Origin: Barthelona sp. PCE
Taxonomy: Eukaryota
Assembly: GCA_040285745.1 (NCBI GenBank)
Contig: JAUFOR010000002.1
Location: 2,108,001-2,128,580, forward strand
DNA: 20,580 nucleotides
Direction of reading: 5' to 3'
How positions within the stretch are numbered: position 1 is the first letter of the stretch; each line of letters opens with the position of its first letter. Made by a program: the position numbers and the translations under genes. Shown here one piece after another: positions 18,547 through 20,580 of the stretch. The notes beneath the pieces are model-generated. The model had not been told where the DNA came from. It did not search any database and saw nothing but the letters and a program-made list of their open reading frames with translations.

Positions 18547-20319
18547 TTATTCTTTTTTGGTGGTCTCATACACCATATCTTTCGATATTATGAATTCCTC
18601 AGGGTCCCACTCACCTCTCTTGAAAGAACTCATGGTTTCGCGCAGAATCGCATCAGAAACTGGTGCACTGACTGGATGCTTTGATTGCATCTGTTCCAGC
18701 ACGTTAGTATCTGATAAAGGCATGGTACCTTGACTCTTTGCTAGCCTTATGGCCTTTCCTGGTTGGTTGGCGTCTGCGTACTTCTTCATACGAAGGCTTA
18801 CAGACTCCCTAGACTCAACGGATGGCTGATTGGAACGTTGCCTCGGCGTCTTACCAAAACATAGCGCAGAAGCTGCAACTATTAGAGCCTCGCCTATACA
18901 TCGTTGAGACTCACGTAATGGAGTATTCCGTATTAACAAACCAATCTTCAGGACACAGAAATATAGCTTTCTTGATTTCTTATCACCAATTAAATTATCT
19001 TGGTTCTCGATAACTTTCTGAAAAACAAACTCATTAAAAACTTCTAGAGCATCGTCTTTGTCTAGGTCTGGTCGTAAAGAATGTAGAGCCAGGACCCCGG
19101 ACAATTTGTTGACAAACTCCTTGATTCTCACAAGTGTTTCAATATTACCGCTCTGCCACTGAGGCAATCGCGGTGGATTAGCGCAATAAGCGCCCAGAAG
19201 TTCTCCAAAGAAATCTTCAGCAACTCTTCTCTCAGCAATTTCGCTATTACCGTCAGTTGCACAAAGTCGATTGAATCGGACCAGCGGGTCGTACAGTAAA
19301 ATGGGGAAAGTGTATTCCATACGAGAACTTGAAACTGGGTATGTAACATTGCTCATAATAGGAGGAGCTTGGTTGGTAACACTGCTCGTAACAGGAATTG
19401 AAGGCGTCGGGTTAGTATCTACCGGGTCAACATCCAATGTATGTGACTGTGACTGGTTCCGGTTAACCAATGCTGGCGCTCCAACTTCTTGGAAGACAGG
19501 ATCATGCGATTCTGGATCACTTTCCACCTTAAAAATATGACTGAGTAGAGGAATCATTCTACTACTAAAACATGGGAAGAGACGGTACAATTTTCTACTT
19601 CCATTGAATTCCAAACAGGCCTTGATAAACGCAAACATCACGAAATAGAAATTATCCGTGAACGGTTCTACATTCTGCCAATGATAAACATTCTGGCCAC
19701 GCGAGTCCATTCTGAATTTCATACAAGACACACTTCTAACGAAATTGATTGCTGCCGGATGTAAAATCCTGCAACGCTCATCTTCCTTTTCCTCAGAAGC
19801 GACACTCCTTATAGTGTCATCCAAATGTGTGAATCTCTCGTCTCCAAACTTCTCATTGATAGCATGTACAATCTCGTTTGCATCAACACCAGTGCTGCAT
19901 ACTTTCAGGATAGCATGTGCAATAACGAGTTGTCCTCGTGTACCTGGGCTTGAAAGACGTACACCAACGGTTTCCATCTTCTCACCTTCAATACTGCGTA
20001 AAGACAACCAATCTGCGTCAGTGCACAAGCCACTCCACTGATCATGAACATTTTGTCGAATTATTTCTATGGACGGGGCTCTCCTGTTGTTTGAAGAAAC
20101 TTTCGTCCTTTGAATTATTGACAACATCTGCTCACCGAACTCTGTTAGTTGGTACTTGACATCTTCCTTAAAATACATAATTGTTTGCAAAGGACTATGT
20201 GGCGTAGTATCACTTGGATTGGCTAACATTGTTTCGAGTTCCTCATATACCCTCTCTATTTCTGGATCGGTTACATAAGCTGCAGGAGGAGTCCTAGATA
20301 CTTCTTGCTCTTCATACAA
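18547..20319 (-). CDS. Retrotransposon ORF segment 1: N-terminal region plus pre-RT (domain -1/0) motifs
   Basis: The C-terminal part, ANQPGKAIRLAKS...VLEQMQSKHP, matches the pre-RT motif of CRE-type elements. It ends in TAA (18549-18547), and the same frame continues as KYISAGADG. The start codon is uncertain (the track uses TTG). Confidence 0.75.
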   Translation of the reverse strand: MYEEQEVSRTPPAAYVTDPEIERVYEELETMLANPSDTTPHSPLQTIMYFKEDVKYQLTEFGEQMLSIIQRTKVSSNNRRAPSIEIIRQNVHDQWSGLCTDADWLSLRSIEGEKMETVGVRLSSPGTRGQLVIAHAILKVCSTGVDANEIVHAINEKFGDERFTHLDDTIRSVASEEKEDERCRILHPAAINFVRSVSCMKFRMDSRGQNVYHWQNVEPFTDNFYFVMFAFIKACLEFNGSRKLYRLFPCFSSRMIPLLSHIFKVESDPESHDPVFQEVGAPALVNRNQSQSHTLDVDPVDTNPTPSIPVTSSVTNQAPPIMSNVTYPVSSSRMEYTFPILLYDPLVRFNRLCATDGNSEIAERRVAEDFFGELLGAYCANPPRLPQWQSGNIETLVRIKEFVNKLSGVLALHSLRPDLDKDDALEVFNEFVFQKVIENQDNLIGDKKSRKLYFCVLKIGLLIRNTPLRESQRCIGEALIVAASALCFGKTPRQRSNQPSVESRESVSLRMKKYADANQPGKAIRLAKSQGTMPLSDTNVLEQMQSKHPVSAPVSDAILRETMSSFKRGEWDPEEFIISKDMVYETTKKE

Positions 20320-20580
20320 ATAATAATCATCATCATAAGTCCACTCTGGAAGTGGGGAGGTGAGTCTACAGTATCTGAAAATGTATCTGATAATGTATTG
20401 TGAAGAGAAAGGGTCACAAGGTTGAGCTGTGACTGTCGGTAGAGATATTCTACCACACTACTTGTCAGTTTTAGCGACAGAACACGACACAGTTGCAAAA
20501 CGCACGAAACCATGAAAATAGCGTCGTGGCATGCATATAATGATAACACAGTGTCGTGGGGGACAGCTTGGGCCCGTGTG

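Larger units (their letters stand above)
15909..20580 (-). mobile_element. Non-LTR retrotransposon of the RLE type, CRE-like (boundaries approximate; 5' end may lie outside the window)
   Basis: The domains are in order: N-terminal region, RT, CCHC zinc knuckle, PD..D..K endonuclease. There is no APE domain and no LTRs. On the minus strand, AATAAA (15928-15923) and a short (TAC)3 run (15917-15909) follow the stop. Confidence 0.88.

Noticed and set aside
18547-18549. TAA reassigned to Gln (hexamitid/ciliate-type code) as the explanation for the in-frame stop
   Set aside because: Conserved genes here end at TAA or TAG at the expected C-termini (PiT, Acl4-like, UBXN11) and contain no internal TAR codons.

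Overview
Compact, apparently intron-poor eukaryotic DNA in the standard genetic code. It looks like a protist, possibly metamonad-like; this is inferred from gene content, tiny intergenic spaces and Inr-like motifs. Positions 1-5.5 kb hold tightly packed housekeeping genes: the 3' part of a PiT phosphate transporter, a Tipin/Swi3-like gene, an Acl4-like TPR chaperone, CFIm25/NUDT21, a UBXN11-like gene, a small ORF and a CEP44-like gene. Positions 5.5-14.3 kb hold a cluster of unrecognised ~700-aa beta-rich proteins. Two close paralogues share a near-identical N-terminal header (one is frameshifted), a third is a distant relative, and there are relic gene starts. Positions ~13.7-15.95 kb lack intact genes and contain a CACGTG cluster and an AT-rich array of CTAATA-N4/5-TATTAG dyads. 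Positions ~15.9-20.58 kb carry a minus-strand CRE-like non-LTR retrotransposon (RT + CCHC + PD-(D/E)xK restriction-like endonuclease). Its single ancestral ORF is broken by one in-frame TAA and one +1 frameshift, and its 5' and 3' flanks share an 11-nt inverted repeat.
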